Both the position numbers and the translations under genes were made by a program. A stretch of 60,467 nucleotides of DNA, filler included. It is 5 parts of 5 records of this genome, joined end to end, with 100 filler letters (N's around TTAATTAATTAA, not from the genome) between each part and the next. Parts side by side here need not be neighbours in the genome. Positions count along the whole stretch, not along the records: positions 6,036 to 14,718 come from SRR22947727_3164; positions 14,819 to 41,255 come from SRR22947727_3167; 3 more parts are not named here. One strand, given 5' to 3'. The number at the start of each line of letters is the position of its first letter. Position 1 is the stretch's first letter. Below are positions 8,911-17,610 of this stretch, in pieces. The notes beneath the pieces are model-generated. The model was not told the origin of the DNA and did not search any database. It saw nothing but the letters and a program-made list of their open reading frames with translations.

Positions 8911-10073
8911 CAGATCTGTTCCCACTTGCCAGTTTCACCCGACCGGAGTAATGCGTCCGCGACTTTTTCCGTTAAAAGAGCTTCTTCAAAATTGGGCGAA
9001 GGCTGAGAACCTTCAACGATGGCTTTACAGAAATCGTAGCATTCGATGATCTTGGTTTCGCCATAGCCAATTCCAAGTGCTGGAATAGGCCAAAGCCCCT
9101 CGCCGTAGGGATGCGCAGGACCAGTATAGACCGTACGAAAGCCACGCGCGTCACCTGGATCATCAGCAAACATAACCTGCAACTCATCACGGCGCTCGTA
9201 ATTAAATAGAATTGAACCCTTGGTTCCATGAATTTCCAGAGTAATAAAGTTGTTACGGCCCCAAGCATTTCGGGTGGCCTCAATGCTGCCAATGGCTCCC
9301 GATTTAAAGCGAACCATCGACATAACTTCATCGTCAACATCAACCTCTGAGCGTTCGGCATCAGAGGATTTATTCGACGCGCCTAGCTTGTCAATATTTC
9401 CCTGTTGGATGGGTCGAGTTTTGACGTAAGTGGAGGTTATTGCCTGAACAGTGTCAATTGGACCAACAAGATAGTGAGCCATATCAACAACATGAGTGCC
9501 AATATCGCCAACAGCGCCCGAGCCTGCGATTTCTTTCTGAAAACGCCACGATAACGGACCGTTTGGATCAGCAGACCAATCTTGCAAATAGGTGCCACGG
9601 AAATTGATCACATCGCCGATCTTGCCTTCATCAATGAACTTTTTTGCCAAAGCGACAGCTGGCGTACGGCGATAGTTAAAAGCTACCATTGTTGTGCAGT
9701 TCGAGGCGCGCGCTGCCTCAACCATGGCAACGCTTTCTTTAAGCGTTGAAGCTAAGGGTTTTTCACAAATAACATGCTTTCCCGCCTTTAGCGCTTCTAT
9801 AGCGATCTCTGCATGAGCATTGTTAGGCGTACAGATATCAACAATATCGATATCGGGGCGATTGATGGTAGCTTGCCAATCGCTTGATGCTTCCTCAAAT
9901 CCAAAGCGGTTTCGGGCTTCCTCGGCGGTCTCATCAGTCAGATCGACTACTACTTTTCGATGGGGAACTGCCGGGGCGGGCCAGAAGAACATCGGCATTG
10001 CGGCATAGGCCATGGCATGTGCCTTTCCCATAAAACCGCCGCCAATCATAGCCACGTTCAAAGTCTTGATCAT
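8910..10073 (-). CDS. lgdA: Gfo/Idh/MocA oxidoreductase closely resembling levoglucosan dehydrogenase
   Basis: GGGFMGKAH.MAYAAMPMFFWPAP, CEKPLA, FRGTYLQDWSADP..PLSWRFQK..AGSG..GDI.TH, NYERRDELQV and GFRTVYTGPAHPYGEGLWPIPALGIGYGETKIIE are segments recalled from the characterised Pseudarthrobacter LGDH. Family is certain; substrate is inferred. Confidence 0.8.
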   Translation of the reverse strand: MIKTLNVAMIGGGFMGKAHAMAYAAMPMFFWPAPAVPHRKVVVDLTDETAEEARNRFGFEEASSDWQATINRPDIDIVDICTPNNAHAEIAIEALKAGKHVICEKPLASTLKESVAMVEAARASNCTTMVAFNYRRTPAVALAKKFIDEGKIGDVINFRGTYLQDWSADPNGPLSWRFQKEIAGSGAVGDIGTHVVDMAHYLVGPIDTVQAITSTYVKTRPIQQGNIDKLGASNKSSDAERSEVDVDDEVMSMVRFKSGAIGSIEATRNAWGRNNFITLEIHGTKGSILFNYERRDELQVMFADDPGDARGFRTVYTGPAHPYGEGLWPIPALGIGYGETKIIECYDFCKAIVEGSQPSPNFEEALLTEKVADALLRSGETGKWEQI

Positions 10074-10105
10074 CGGAACACTCCGTAAAAAATTGGAAAG
10101 GGTGA

Positions 10106-10132
10106 CCCTGCGGCAAGCTAGTGCACGCAGGG
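10106..10132 (-). other. Intercistronic stem-loop downstream of the binding-protein gene
   Basis: CCCTGCG...CGCAGGG arms at the position typical of mRNA-stabilising hairpins in ABC operons. Confidence 0.5.
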
Positions 10133-10143
10133 CCTTTTCTAGT

Positions 10144-11262
10144 TTAGTTCATGCTGCTCTGAATATTTTTAGTCGCGTCAGTGCGGTAAACCGTTTTCCA
10201 AGCTTCAAGCAGGTTGTCTTTACTAACCGGTAACGCTGGCAGGGCGACGAAAGCTGGAGCTGTTTTTTCCAAAAGGCCATAACCCGCCAGCATCGCTTCG
10301 GCGACGCCCTGATCAAATGGTCGCTGCGCCCCCAGACCTTTGACGAAGCCACCTTGAGCCATATTAATGGCAACGTTTTCACCTAAGTCGATGGTCGTAA
10401 TTATAAGATCATTACGGCCCGCAACCCGTGCGGCTGAAATAACACCTTCGGCAGGAACGTCCCAAACTGCCCAAATACCATCTATATCAGAACGCGAAGT
10501 AAGCATAGCTGACGCTGCTTTTTCCGCATCTCCAGTGAAATCTGGACCGCCGATGCCCTGCTCAGCAACAATTTCAATATTAGGATAGTTTTCTTCAACA
10601 GTAACTTTGAACGCTTCATATCGCTGACGAGTGACGAAGAAATCTGCTGCATGGAAAACCAAACCGATCTGACCACCTTCTTCACCAAGAGCCTGTGCCA
10701 TCAAATGGGCTGCAGCAACACCATTGCCATAGTTGTCAGCTGAAACAACTGAGATATAATCTACGCCCGCAGTCATACCTGGGGGTGTGTTTTCCATAAA
10801 TACGATCTTCACACCAGCGGCGGCGGCGGCCTTATACGCAGCTGCTGTTGCGGCTGGGTCGGTCGGGACAGACACAATGATGTCAGGTTGGCGTGCCATA
10901 ACTGTTTCGATATCAGCAACCTGCTTTTCAGGTTTAAAACCCGCATCAGTGACAGCAATCACTTCGACACCCATTTCTGCAAACTGAAATTTCAGTCCTT
11001 CGATTTGCGCGCGCGACCAGTCATTACCTCCATAATGCATAACAATCGCTGCAGTGGCATTCATCGCTTTGATTTTCGCAATCTCTGCCGCATTCAAAGA
11101 TAGGTCAGCAGCAGGGCTGGGGTCTTCCCCATTTGGACCTTTGGACAACACGCCTTGTTGAAGCAATGCCAAAGATGCAGCAGGATCTGCAACTGCTGTC
11201 ATACTGCTAAATGCAATTGCCAATGCGGCAATCGAGCCCGTAAGTGCTCTATTTATAAACAT
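10144..11262 (-). CDS. Periplasmic sugar-binding protein (RbsB-like, class I)
   Basis: Signal peptide MFINRALTGSIAALAIAFSSMTAVA; VSADNYGNG and AQRPFDQG motifs; lies in the ABC operon. Confidence 0.92.
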   Translation of the reverse strand: MFINRALTGSIAALAIAFSSMTAVADPAASLALLQQGVLSKGPNGEDPSPAADLSLNAAEIAKIKAMNATAAIVMHYGGNDWSRAQIEGLKFQFAEMGVEVIAVTDAGFKPEKQVADIETVMARQPDIIVSVPTDPAATAAAYKAAAAAGVKIVFMENTPPGMTAGVDYISVVSADNYGNGVAAAHLMAQALGEEGGQIGLVFHAADFFVTRQRYEAFKVTVEENYPNIEIVAEQGIGGPDFTGDAEKAASAMLTSRSDIDGIWAVWDVPAEGVISAARVAGRNDLIITTIDLGENVAINMAQGGFVKGLGAQRPFDQGVAEAMLAGYGLLEKTAPAFVALPALPVSKDNLLEAWKTVYRTDATKNIQSSMN

Positions 11263-11308
11263 TATTATTCTCCCAGAAAATGGGGCGTACCCCGTTAGAA
11301 TGAAGTGA

Positions 11309-12121
11309 TTAAGCTTGTTTAAGGTAGTCTATGCTGGCACGTGCCCCTTGGAGGGGTTCGTCCCAAGCATCCAGTTCCGTGCAGACCCAACCTGCGTAAT
11401 TTGTCTCTCGCATGGCGTTGATGATTACGTCGGTCGACACGTCACCGCGATCTAGCGGTGTGAAAGCAAAAGGATCACGTTGGAGTCCTTTTAAATGAAT
11501 GTAGGAAATACGGTCAGAAAGCTCACGAATGAGCTGTGCCGGATCTCCACCAGCAGCAGCCAAATGGGCTGTATCGGGGCAGAAATCGATGGCTGTTAAA
11601 TCAAAGATACGATGTACTTCTTGAGGTTTTTCGACAATCGTTGAAAGATGCGGATGGTAGTGAGCTGTAAGATTTCGATCATCAGCGATTATTTTCACGC
11701 GATCCAAAGCTGCTCCAAGTTTGTCGTAGTCAGTGTCTCGAACTCCGTCAAAGCGCTTGGCCCCGCCCCCCACTACGAGATGCGGCGCATCCAATTCAGC
11801 AGCCCGATCGGCAGCGCGTGTAATTCGCGCCAGTTCTTCGGGTAAAATTTCGTCAAAAATAAAATTGGCGCCGGAGTACGTCGCAACGAGCGTCAATCCG
11901 TTATTGGCCAGCAGAGCTCGAAAATCAGCAGATTTGTAATCGAGTAAATTGCCATCAAACAATTCAACACCTACATACCCGGCCTCTGCTATCTCGGCGC
12001 AGGCGCGATCGATATCCCCGAAAGTACGATAGCTAAGCTGCGTGATTGAAGTCACACCCTCCGCATTTCCACCGAGGCTCCCCCAGCAATTCGCCTGATA
12101 GGCCAATTTCCATTCGGTCAT
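11309..12121 (-). CDS. Xylose-isomerase-like TIM barrel (sugar phosphate isomerase/epimerase family), candidate LgdB-type 3-keto-sugar eliminase
   Basis: GYVGVELFDGNL, YHPH, FCPDTAHL, YIHLK and GWVCTELD metal motifs; first gene of the lgdA operon. Confidence 0.8.
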   Translation of the reverse strand: MTEWKLAYQANCWGSLGGNAEGVTSITQLSYRTFGDIDRACAEIAEAGYVGVELFDGNLLDYKSADFRALLANNGLTLVATYSGANFIFDEILPEELARITRAADRAAELDAPHLVVGGGAKRFDGVRDTDYDKLGAALDRVKIIADDRNLTAHYHPHLSTIVEKPQEVHRIFDLTAIDFCPDTAHLAAAGGDPAQLIRELSDRISYIHLKGLQRDPFAFTPLDRGDVSTDVIINAMRETNYAGWVCTELDAWDEPLQGARASIDYLKQA

Positions 12122-12144
12122 TTTCTTTTCCTCCAGTCAGCCAA

Positions 12145-12238
12145 TTATGCTGTTGCAATAATGCATAAGTTTTAAAATAAACATTTGTCAATTGTTAAAA
12201 TGCATAAGTATATTATCTTTTGCATTTTATATGCAAAA
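12145..12238. promoter_or_regulatory. Divergent promoter region with candidate operators
   Basis: Direct repeat AATGCATAAGT (12160-12170, 12199-12209) and inverted repeat TTTTGCAT-N5-ATGCAAAA (12218-12238). Confidence 0.55.
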
Positions 12239-12307
12239 CTATAGGCTTGCCATGCAAATTTAACCCCACTATTGTCTTGAAATAAAATAAATGAGAGTGA
12301 TAATTTC

Positions 12308-13675
12308 GTGGAAACAGACAAAGAAAACGCGAATCACGGCAAAACTAAAGGGCGACCACGTAACAGTGAGACTGCCACTTCAAGCCTTGTGGAAGTTCTA
12401 AACCTCGTACGTTTGGGCCATGCCACAACCCGTCAAGAACTCGAACGAGTCGGTGAATATGGCCGCGCAATTATTGCTGATAGACTGTTAACACTGAAAG
12501 ACTTGGGCTTAGTTGACGAAAGCGAAACCGGCGTTGCAACAGGAGGTCGAGCACCACGCCTTGTCCGGTTGATGCAAGACAAAGGACGCTTAGCAGTCGT
12601 CACTTTAGATCAATCGGCAGTGGGTGTGGGCTTTGCTGACCTCAGCGGAAAATTAATATCTGAACATCATGAAATAATCGATATAACAAACCAAACAGTT
12701 ACTGTTGAAAGGGTCTGTGCGCTTATAAATTGGATGCTGTCACGCCAAACGGTCCAAGCAGATTTTTGGGGAATTTCAATTTCAGTTCCTGGCCCGGTGA
12801 TTGCAAACCCCAGCTCTTCATTCTTAACACAAACGCCGGATTTTTTACCTAACTGGGATAAGTCGAAACTTATTGAAGAACTTACGTCACGTTTTAAAGC
12901 GCCAGTTTGGATGCATTCCAATGTTGAAACAATGACAATGGGGGAATTGCACGGCGGCGCGGGCATTGACCAGCAATCAATGCTGTTTGTCAAAGTGGGG
13001 CAGCGTATTGCCGCCAGCTTGGTCAATGAGGGCGAAGCTTATCATGGCGCCGCTGGTGCTGTCGGTCTGATCGGGCACTTACCTGTCACGTACAATGGTA
13101 ATACCGGCACCTTAGACGCGATGGCCGGTGCGGAAATGATTAAAACACGTGGAATTGCAGCTGCGGAATCTGGTGAGAGTGATCAATTGTCTTCAATTCT
13201 CTCACGTGAAGGCGGGTTGACTGAGATTGATGTATGTCAGGCAGCTCAAATGGGTGATAAAATAAGTACAGATATTATAGTTCAAAGTGGACGTTTAATT
13301 GGTGGGGTACTTGCTACCTTGACCAATATGCTCAATCCACAGCTGATCGTACTCGCAGGATCGATTGCTCAAACAAACGACATTCTGTTAGCAAGTGTCC
13401 GAGAGGCAGTATACGGCGCGTCACACCCTTTAGTTACTCGTGATCTGCGTATTCTAAGATCTCAAATGAGCGGCTCTGCTGCCCTTTTAGGTGCAGCAAC
13501 TATCGGCGTGGAAGCACTTTTTGCACCATCTTTTCTAAAAGACTGGATAATATTAGGGACCCCAACAGAACATCCAGATTTCAAGTCAGAATTGGAAGTT
13601 CATGACAACAAAGTAACGCACTCTGTCGATGTGCCACCGCCACCACCAAAAAATGTTGGAAGGAGACACGTATGA
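12308..13675 (+). CDS. ROK family transcriptional regulator (NagC/XylR-like)
   Basis: N-terminal wHTH with TGGRAP, ISVPGPV, G.AG.IGH and NMLNPQLIVLAG; divergent from the catabolic operon. Confidence 0.9.
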   Translation: METDKENANHGKTKGRPRNSETATSSLVEVLNLVRLGHATTRQELERVGEYGRAIIADRLLTLKDLGLVDESETGVATGGRAPRLVRLMQDKGRLAVVTLDQSAVGVGFADLSGKLISEHHEIIDITNQTVTVERVCALINWMLSRQTVQADFWGISISVPGPVIANPSSSFLTQTPDFLPNWDKSKLIEELTSRFKAPVWMHSNVETMTMGELHGGAGIDQQSMLFVKVGQRIAASLVNEGEAYHGAAGAVGLIGHLPVTYNGNTGTLDAMAGAEMIKTRGIAAAESGESDQLSSILSREGGLTEIDVCQAAQMGDKISTDIIVQSGRLIGGVLATLTNMLNPQLIVLAGSIAQTNDILLASVREAVYGASHPLVTRDLRILRSQMSGSAALLGAATIGVEALFAPSFLKDWIILGTPTEHPDFKSELEVHDNKVTHSVDVPPPPPKNVGRRHV

Positions 13676-14682
13676 CAATTGTCGGACTTGGACCCCATGG
13701 CGAAAGAGCATCGCCCCCAGAACGAGTGACCCTGTTGCCTCAAGATATTGAAACAGCACGTACAAAAAAATTGCGTGTGGCAATTGTTATGCACACGGTT
13801 ACCAGCGACTGGGCTAATCATCTTGTACAGGGAATTGTTGGCTTGCTGGGAGAATGCGGCGCGATTGTCATTGAGGTAGTAGATTGCGCTTTTTCATCAG
13901 ACGTACAAATTGCCGCTCTCAATCGCCTTCGCGAAGAAGCTCCAGATGCTATCATTTCACTTCCCGTGGACAACACCACGGTGGCCGATGCCCACCGTGC
14001 AATTTCTCGCGCTGGCATTAAACTGGTCTTAATCGACAACGTCCCGACCGGAATGCTTCCGGGAAAAGACTATGTTTCCCTCGTTTCTGCCGATAATTAC
14101 GGCTTGGGAAAAATCGCCGCAGAACTTTTGTCGTCTCATTTACCACAAAACTCGACCGCAGGATTGCTCGGCTATGATGCAGATTTCTTCGCAGCGAATG
14201 AACGCGAAATAGCTTTTATTCACTGGATGGAAATAAACCGGCCAGACGTCACTATCAAAACTGCAAGGTTTGCTTCTATTGAGCATGCTGGAAATGACGC
14301 GGAACGGCTGATTGATGACACATCAGGCATTTCAGGACTGTTTGTAGTTTGGGATACACCATGTGTTGATGTGATCAGAAAGCTATCAAAACGTAATCTC
14401 ACATTACCAATATCAACGGTCGACCTCGGTCAGGAAGTAACAATAAATCTTGCACAAGGGGGCAATATAATTGGAATTTCCAGCCAACGCCCGTTTCAGC
14501 AAGGCGAGACTGCAGCAAAAACTATAATCACATCTCTTCTGGATCGGGGATGCCCAGATTGGGTTGCACTTCCAGGATTAAAAGTTTCAAGTTCAAATGT
14601 TATTGAAAGTTACCAGTTTATTTGGCGCAAACCTGCTCCAATGGATATATTGAGTGAATTAAACATCACAAAAACAAAATGA
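13672..14682 (+). CDS. Sugar-binding-protein paralogue lacking a signal peptide (probably cytoplasmic)
   Basis: Collinear with the mature part of 10144..11262; ATGA overlap with the ROK stop; AGGAG RBS at 13661. Confidence 0.85.
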   Translation: MTIVGLGPHGERASPPERVTLLPQDIETARTKKLRVAIVMHTVTSDWANHLVQGIVGLLGECGAIVIEVVDCAFSSDVQIAALNRLREEAPDAIISLPVDNTTVADAHRAISRAGIKLVLIDNVPTGMLPGKDYVSLVSADNYGLGKIAAELLSSHLPQNSTAGLLGYDADFFAANEREIAFIHWMEINRPDVTIKTARFASIEHAGNDAERLIDDTSGISGLFVVWDTPCVDVIRKLSKRNLTLPISTVDLGQEVTINLAQGGNIIGISSQRPFQQGETAAKTIITSLLDRGCPDWVALPGLKVSSSNVIESYQFIWRKPAPMDILSELNITKTK

Positions 14683-14684
14683 CT

Positions 14685-14718
14685 GGTGCTGTCAAACGAA
14701 TGAGAACTCGCATCAGAT
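14685..14718 (-). mobile_element. Possible right end of an IS6-family element, cut by the contig end
   Basis: GGTGCTGTCAAACGAATGAGAACTCG resembles recalled alphaproteobacterial IS6 termini (GGYRCTGTCA...). The minus strand reads L-M-R-V-L-I-R-L-T-A-P. Only 34 nt are visible. Confidence 0.45.
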
Positions 14719-14818
14719 NNNNNNNNNNNNNNNNNNNNNNNNNNNNNNNNNNNNNNNNNNNNTTAATTAATTAANNNNNNNNNNNNNNNNNNNNNNNNNN
14801 NNNNNNNNNNNNNNNNNN
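14719..14818. other. Artificial contig spacer
   Basis: N44-TTAATTAATTAA-N44. Confidence 0.99.
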
Positions 14819-14819
14819 A

Positions 14820-14881
14820 TGCGCCCGCCCAGGCAGGCACTGCCCTCATTTCGTGTTGAGATGGTGTTATGCAGATGTCTT
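14820..14881 (-). mobile_element. Partial second copy of the MITE-like element at 33847-33968
   Basis: Reverse complement matches 33847-33908 at 54 of 62 positions without gaps (manual alignment); lies at the contig start. Confidence 0.8.
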
Positions 14882-15030
14882 TTAGAGGTTCTGACCGCCC
14901 CCCATGGCGCCCAGCCTATGGCACCGAAGCGCCATGGCTATAAAATTACAGATTTGTTCCAAAACCTTATTGCCTAATGGCAAAGAGCCATGCACATTCA
15001 CCATCTCAAAATACAAGACAGGAGGTCCAA

Positions 15031-15771
15031 ATGGGACGACTTTCAGGAAAACGCGCTTTGGTAACCGCCGCAGGACAAGGCATTGGCAGAGCCACCGCTT
15101 TGGCCATGGCCGCTGAAGGCGCCAAAGTCTTTGCCACAGACATTAATCCTGAGACTTTGGCTGAGGTGCAAAGTGCCTGCACGGGGCAAATGGAAACCTA
15201 TGTGCTCGACGTGCTTGACGCGACCTCAACCCGTGAGGGCATCGACCGCGCGCAGCCAGATATTTTGTTTAATGGCGCGGGCTTTGTGCATCACGGGACC
15301 ATAATCGATGCCACGGAAGATGAATGGGATTTTGCATTCAACCTCAATGTCCGCTCGATGATGCGCACCATCCAAGCCGCGCTACCGGGTATGCTGGAAC
15401 GTGGGGGCGGCTCGATTATCAATATGTCCTCCGCCTGTTCCTCTATTATTGGCGCTCCCAATCGCTTTATCTACGGCACAACCAAAGCGGCCGTGATCGG
15501 CCTGACCAAATCCGTGGCCATGGATTACATCAAACAGGGGATTCGCTGTAATGCAATTTGTCCCGGCACTGTTGAAAGCCCCTCTCTACATGACCGTCTG
15601 CGGGCCACTGGAGATGAGGTGCAAGCCATGAAAGACTTTGTTGCCCGCCAACCCATGGGCCGCATTGGCACAGCCGAAGAAATCGCAGCCCTTGCAGTTT
15701 ACCTAGGATCGGATGAAAGTGCCTTCACGACCGCCACAACACAGGTCATTGATGGCGGATGGTCAAACTAA
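15031..15771 (+). CDS. SDR oxidoreductase, 2-keto-3-deoxy-L-fuconate dehydrogenase/BDH2-like
   Basis: [22 protein letters not shown] and [18 protein letters not shown] before ATG 15031. Confidence 0.85.
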   Translation: MGRLSGKRALVTAAGQGIGRATALAMAAEGAKVFATDINPETLAEVQSACTGQMETYVLDVLDATSTREGIDRAQPDILFNGAGFVHHGTIIDATEDEWDFAFNLNVRSMMRTIQAALPGMLERGGGSIINMSSACSSIIGAPNRFIYGTTKAAVIGLTKSVAMDYIKQGIRCNAICPGTVESPSLHDRLRATGDEVQAMKDFVARQPMGRIGTAEEIAALAVYLGSDESAFTTATTQVIDGGWSN

Positions 15772-15812
15772 TCACTGGCGACCAAAATTTTAACTTAACG
15801 AGGACGATCCGC

Positions 15813-17600
15813 GTGTCAGATATCAAACCGAAATTGCGATCCCAACAGTGGTTCAACAATCCCGACAATCAAGAGATGACAGCGCTCTATCTCGAACGCT
15901 ATCTCAACTACGGTCTGACACGCCACGAGCTGCAATCGGGCAAGCCTATCATTGGCATTGCCCAGACCGGCAGCGACCTTAGCCCCTGCAATCGCCACCA
16001 TATTGAACTGTCCAAACGGGTGCGCGATGGGGTCATTGCCGCCGGCGGCACGGTGATTGAAATTCCGGTGCATCCCATTCAGGAAACCGGCAAACGCCCA
16101 ACGGCCATGTTGGACAGAAACCTGGCCTATCTGTCTTTGGTGGAAACCCTATTTGGCTATCCGATTGATGGGGTTGTGCTGAATATCGGCTGTGACAAAA
16201 CCACGCCGGCTTTGTTGATGGCGGCCGCGACCGTCAATATCCCTGCCATTGCCCTATCCGTTGGCCCAATGCTCAACGGGTGGTTCGGCGGCAAGCGCAC
16301 GGGCTCTGGCACGATCGTTTGGAAGGCCCGCGAGATGCAGGCCGCAGGTGAAATCGATGATGACGGCTTTATGGATATGGTGGCCTCCTCAACGCCTTCT
16401 GTTGGCTACTGCAACTCCATGGGCACCGCCACGACGATGAACTCCCTAGCCGAGGGGCTTGGTATGCAATTGCCCGGCTCCGCCGCCATCCCAGCCCCCT
16501 ATCGCGAGCGCGGGCAGATCAGCTATGAAACCGGGCTGCGGATTGTCGATATGGTGCATGAGGATTTGCGACCTGACCGCATCATGAGCCGCGAAGCCTT
16601 TGAGAACGCCATTGTCATCAATTCAGCCATCGGCGGCTCGACCAATGCGCCAATTCACCTGAACGGCATCGCCAAACATCTCGGCGTGGCCTTGAACAAT
16701 GATGATTGGCAAAAACTCGGCCATAAGGTGCCGCTCTTGGTCAACCTGCAACCGGCGGGCGAATATCTTGGCGAAGATTACCACCGGGCCGGTGGCGTGC
16801 CGGCGGTGGTCGGCGAATTGCTCGCCGCAGGGCTGCTGCCGCATCCGGATGTCCTAACTGCCAATGGCAAAACCATTGCTGAGAATTGCCAAGATTGCCG
16901 CAGCACCAATACCGATGTGATCAAGCAAGTCACAGCGCCACTGGTTGATGCTGCCGGCTTTATCAACTTGAAAGGCAATCTGTTCGACAGCGCGATCATG
17001 AAAACTTCGGTGATCTCACAAGAGTTTCGCAGGCGCTACCTGTCTGATCCGGCCAACCCAAATTGCTTTGAAGGGCGCGCCATCGTCTTCGACGGGCCGG
17101 AGCACTTCCACCGTGGCATTGATGATCCAAGTCTGAACATCGATGAGAACTGCGTCCTAATCATGCGCGGCGCCGGACCAATTGGCTATCCCGGCGGGGC
17201 GGAGGTCGTAAATATGCGCCCGCCGTCCTATCTTTTGACCAAGGGCATCACCTCTCTGCCCTGTTTGGGCGATGGGCGGCAATCGGGCACCTCTGGATCA
17301 CCTTCAATCCTAAACGCCTCACCGGAAGCGGCAGATGGTGGCGGCTTGGGTCTGGTGCAAACTGGCGATATCATCCGGATTGATCTGAATGCCTGCACTG
17401 CCGATATGCTGGTTGAACCGGCCGAGCTTGAGCGCCGCAGGGCCGCTCTTGGCACGCGTCCCTTCACCCCTGACAGCCAAACCCCTTGGCAAGAATTGTT
17501 CCGCGAAAAAGTCAGACCCTTCTCAGAAGGCATGACTCTAGACGGGGCGCATGAATATCAAGACATCGCGCGCAAACATATGCCGCGTGACAACCACTAG
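15813..17600 (+). CDS. IlvD/Edd family sugar-acid dehydratase (XylD-like)
   Basis: [41 protein letters not shown] and [12 protein letters not shown] start at 15813. Confidence 0.9.
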   Translation: MSDIKPKLRSQQWFNNPDNQEMTALYLERYLNYGLTRHELQSGKPIIGIAQTGSDLSPCNRHHIELSKRVRDGVIAAGGTVIEIPVHPIQETGKRPTAMLDRNLAYLSLVETLFGYPIDGVVLNIGCDKTTPALLMAAATVNIPAIALSVGPMLNGWFGGKRTGSGTIVWKAREMQAAGEIDDDGFMDMVASSTPSVGYCNSMGTATTMNSLAEGLGMQLPGSAAIPAPYRERGQISYETGLRIVDMVHEDLRPDRIMSREAFENAIVINSAIGGSTNAPIHLNGIAKHLGVALNNDDWQKLGHKVPLLVNLQPAGEYLGEDYHRAGGVPAVVGELLAAGLLPHPDVLTANGKTIAENCQDCRSTNTDVIKQVTAPLVDAAGFINLKGNLFDSAIMKTSVISQEFRRRYLSDPANPNCFEGRAIVFDGPEHFHRGIDDPSLNIDENCVLIMRGAGPIGYPGGAEVVNMRPPSYLLTKGITSLPCLGDGRQSGTSGSPSILNASPEAADGGGLGLVQTGDIIRIDLNACTADMLVEPAELERRRAALGTRPFTPDSQTPWQELFREKVRPFSEGMTLDGAHEYQDIARKHMPRDNH

Positions 17601-17610
17601 GAGTTTTTTT

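Noticed and set aside
8910-12121. Annotating the cluster as myo-inositol catabolism (iolG/iolE)
   Set aside because: No iolB, iolC or iolD is in view, and the dehydrogenase carries LGDH-like segments; the inositol reading is less well supported but not excluded without assays.
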